From assembly GCA_041640415.1 (NCBI GenBank), contig JBEQAI010000001.1, positions 1 to 36,954 on the forward strand: 36,954 nucleotides of DNA. Reading direction: 5' to 3'. Both the position numbers and the translations under genes were made by a program. The notes under the pieces were generated by a model. It did no database searches, was not told the DNA's origin, and saw nothing but the letters and a program-made list of their open reading frames with translations. This stretch comes from Ammoniphilus sp. (GTDB lineage: Bacteria; Bacillota; Bacilli; Aneurinibacillales; RAOX-1). Below, piece after piece: positions 35,019 through 36,954 of this stretch (position 1 is the first letter of the stretch; each line of letters opens with the position of its first letter).

Positions 35019-36954
35019 TCAAAACATATGAATACGTACGACCGTATCATTCCAGGCCTGCCCCCCGCCAATCGGATCCGTCCAATCGGGGATCAGGCCA
35101 TTCGGGTTTACGCCTTTTCCTTGCGCGGTCTTGCCATATTGCCAATGGCCAAAGCTAGCCGAAATAGCCAGTACGCGCGGATGAATCGCTTCGGTAAGGT
35201 GGGCCTTCACCACCAGCTCGCCGGTTTTCGATGTGATGCGAAACTCCTTCCCCGATTCAATCCCATAAGCTTCTGCGGTTCGTGGGTGAATCCAGCATGG
35301 ATTATCCCCCACAATTTCGGTCAGCCACGCTTGATTGGCCGTTCTAGATTGCGTGTGAACATTCCATTTGAACGTGGTCAACACGAAGTCCTCCTTATTC
35401 AAATCCTGATGGGCTCGAATCGGATGATAAGTGGGCCACATCACCTGTACCCTGTCTTCTACCGGTATCGTGAGTTTACATTGGAACCGTCGATCCGAAG
35501 TTGAAAATCCTTTAACAATTTTCCCTTTCCATACCCTTCCTACCATCCTCCAGTTCCCGTCCTCACCTCTCAGGTAAGCAAGTTCATCCTCATCTACCGC
35601 GATGTTCGGATCACACAGCGTATAGGCAGTTTCAATGAGATAAGGCTCATAGGGTACAGACGCCGACTCCTTCGTCCACACTCCTTCCGCCTTCAAACCT
35701 TCCAAGCCCCCTGGTACGGGTGCCGCCCACATTCGGACAAAGTGCTCCGCACTTTCAAACGGGAAGTGATCAGCCATATCTTGATCTATCCGGTGAGCGA
35801 GGTCGATGAGCGTTTCCCGAATGTCTCGGCATTCCCCTGGAGGCGGAACCACCGGCTGACGTAGACCAACATAGGGCTTGAACGCAAACGAATTCCTCGC
35901 ATCCAAGTCCCACTTTTCCAGAAACGTAGCGTCCGGCAAGATTAAGTCTGCGACTTCCGCCATCTCGCTGTAAAACGCATCAATCACCACATGGAAAGGA
36001 ATCTTTTTTTCATCGAGCAACGTCTTCTTCACGAAGGTGGGTCCCTCTGGCCAGCTCATCGGCGCGTTCACATAATAGGAGAGAAGCGTATCCACCTTCG
36101 CTTTTCCCTCCGCAATATACGGAAAAATGGTACTCGAAACCGCCTTCGGATAAAGCTGATTCACGAAGGGGAAAACAGAAGGATGAGAAAGCTCAGTGCG
36201 AACCTTCGGTTTCGGTGGAAGAGGACTTGGTTGTGGAACCGTATCATTTACATCACCTCGAATCCAACAGCATCCTCCTTTTTTCCCCAGACTCCCTACT
36301 AACGCGTTCAGACATAGGGTCGCCCATTCGTTATGAAATCCATTTTCATGCGCGTGGGCTCCACGGTTCGTCAATGTCAAGGCACGGGGAGCATGGGAGG
36401 CAAACTCACGGGCTAAGGAGGTCAGGAGCTCAGCCGGAACTCCGCTTTCCTGTTCCGCCCACTCGGGCGTATAAACGGAGTAGTGCTGGCGCCACTCCTC
36501 TAGCGTTGCATTGGTCCACTCCTCTATAAATTCGGTGTCCTGTAAATTCTCCCGGAGTATCACATGACCGATGGCTAAGGCGACGATGCCATCCGTCCCC
36601 GGGAACAGGGGAATCCATTGATCCGACTGAGCCGCTGTATTGGAGAGCCTCACGTCAAAGGTAATGATGCGAGCTCCGTCCCTTTTCGCTTTTGCTGCAC
36701 GTTGGAGCATGCCGACATGCCCCTGATGGGCCTCATAAAAATTGCTTCCAAAATTCAGAATAAATCGGGTGTGCTCCAAATCCGGCGTATCCCAATCGAC
36801 ATCGCCCAGGGCTGCCCGGATGGCCATCCGCTTGTTCAAGGAACAAAGCCCACGATGACCCAGCCGATGTGGGGTTCCAAACGCATCCGTAAATCGTTCC
36901 AAAAACCCATTGGTTCGGTCGCGTCCATAGAGCAGCACGAGCTCTTCGGGACGC
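35019..36954 (-). CDS. Molybdopterin (DMSO-reductase family) oxidoreductase catalytic subunit, partial (N-terminus beyond window)
   Basis: FGSNFYE, DVRLSNTA, PGTDG, YSEMAEVADLILPDATFLE, HTQSRT and WIHPRTA. The frame stays open to the window edge; the probable Mo ligand is the Cys in GHRGLCS. Confidence 0.9.
   Translation of the reverse strand, partial: RPEELVLLYGRDRTNGFLERFTDAFGTPHRLGHRGLCSLNKRMAIRAALGDVDWDTPDLEHTRFILNFGSNFYEAHQGHVGMLQRAAKAKRDGARIITFDVRLSNTAAQSDQWIPLFPGTDGIVALAIGHVILRENLQDTEFIEEWTNATLEEWRQHYSVYTPEWAEQESGVPAELLTSLAREFASHAPRALTLTNRGAHAHENGFHNEWATLCLNALVGSLGKKGGCCWIRGDVNDTVPQPSPLPPKPKVRTELSHPSVFPFVNQLYPKAVSSTIFPYIAEGKAKVDTLLSYYVNAPMSWPEGPTFVKKTLLDEKKIPFHVVIDAFYSEMAEVADLILPDATFLEKWDLDARNSFAFKPYVGLRQPVVPPPGECRDIRETLIDLAHRIDQDMADHFPFESAEHFVRMWAAPVPGGLEGLKAEGVWTKESASVPYEPYLIETAYTLCDPNIAVDEDELAYLRGEDGNWRMVGRVWKGKIVKGFSTSDRRFQCKLTIPVEDRVQVMWPTYHPIRAHQDLNKEDFVLTTFKWNVHTQSRTANQAWLTEIVGDNPCWIHPRTAEAYGIESGKEFRITSKTGELVVKAHLTEAIHPRVLAISASFGHWQYGKTAQGKGVNPNGLIPDWTDPIGGGQAWNDTVVRIHMF

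Noticed and set aside
18232-35021. Sec read-through at other TGA stops (selA 18232, 44-aa ORF 21262, kinase 24610, grdC 27942, molybdoenzyme 35019)
   Set aside because: None shows a GGU-capped stem or a missing domain downstream. They overlap the next start codon, abut an RBS or precede a terminator.
559-36618. Numerous short antisense or overlapping ORFs in the ORF track (e.g. 11948-12586, 13055-13567, 31327-31848, 33179-33658, 35028-35504)
   Set aside because: They lie opposite or within well-supported genes and show no motifs or RBS; shadow ORFs.

Overview
Low-GC Firmicute chromosomal window. YfiT/BstA, RocB, PatA and YtsJ-like genes point to a Bacillales host (inference). Almost all genes are on the minus strand. 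The left half (1-17.9 kb) holds small membrane/lipoprotein ORFs, an OmpR-type two-component pair, a YfiT-like thiol transferase, an orphan PAS kinase, a GC-rich 52-bp intergenic tandem repeat, a GntR-TRAP-aminotransferase-RocB-Fe-dehydrogenase catabolic operon and an ARG-box-preceded YjiH-like transporter. The right half (18-35 kb) is a selenium island: selA, tRNA-Sec, and a glycine/betaine-type reductase operon whose GrdA and GrdB/H contain in-frame UGA plus SECIS, with trxB, grdC and trxA but no grdD. It also holds a divergent malic enzyme and a TetR / sensor kinase / sigma54-activator / OpuAC-like cluster, and is followed by a partial molybdopterin oxidoreductase. Main finding: the NtrC-type activator has an in-frame UGA (23393-23395) in the linker between its AAA+ domain and its Fis-type HTH. 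A GGU-triloop hairpin of the same design as the grdA and grdB SECIS elements follows this UGA, so the DNA-binding domain may be made only by selenocysteine read-through (a candidate translational selenium switch). The island also carries a shared TAATCATGATTA operator at four sigmaA promoters (candidate TetR regulon) and two sigma54 promoters with TGTAGAA-N3-TTCTACA enhancers. A ~70-nt candidate sRNA is complementary to the selA ribosome-binding site, and there are several unannotated small ORFs. All functional calls are by eye from motifs; no database search was run.
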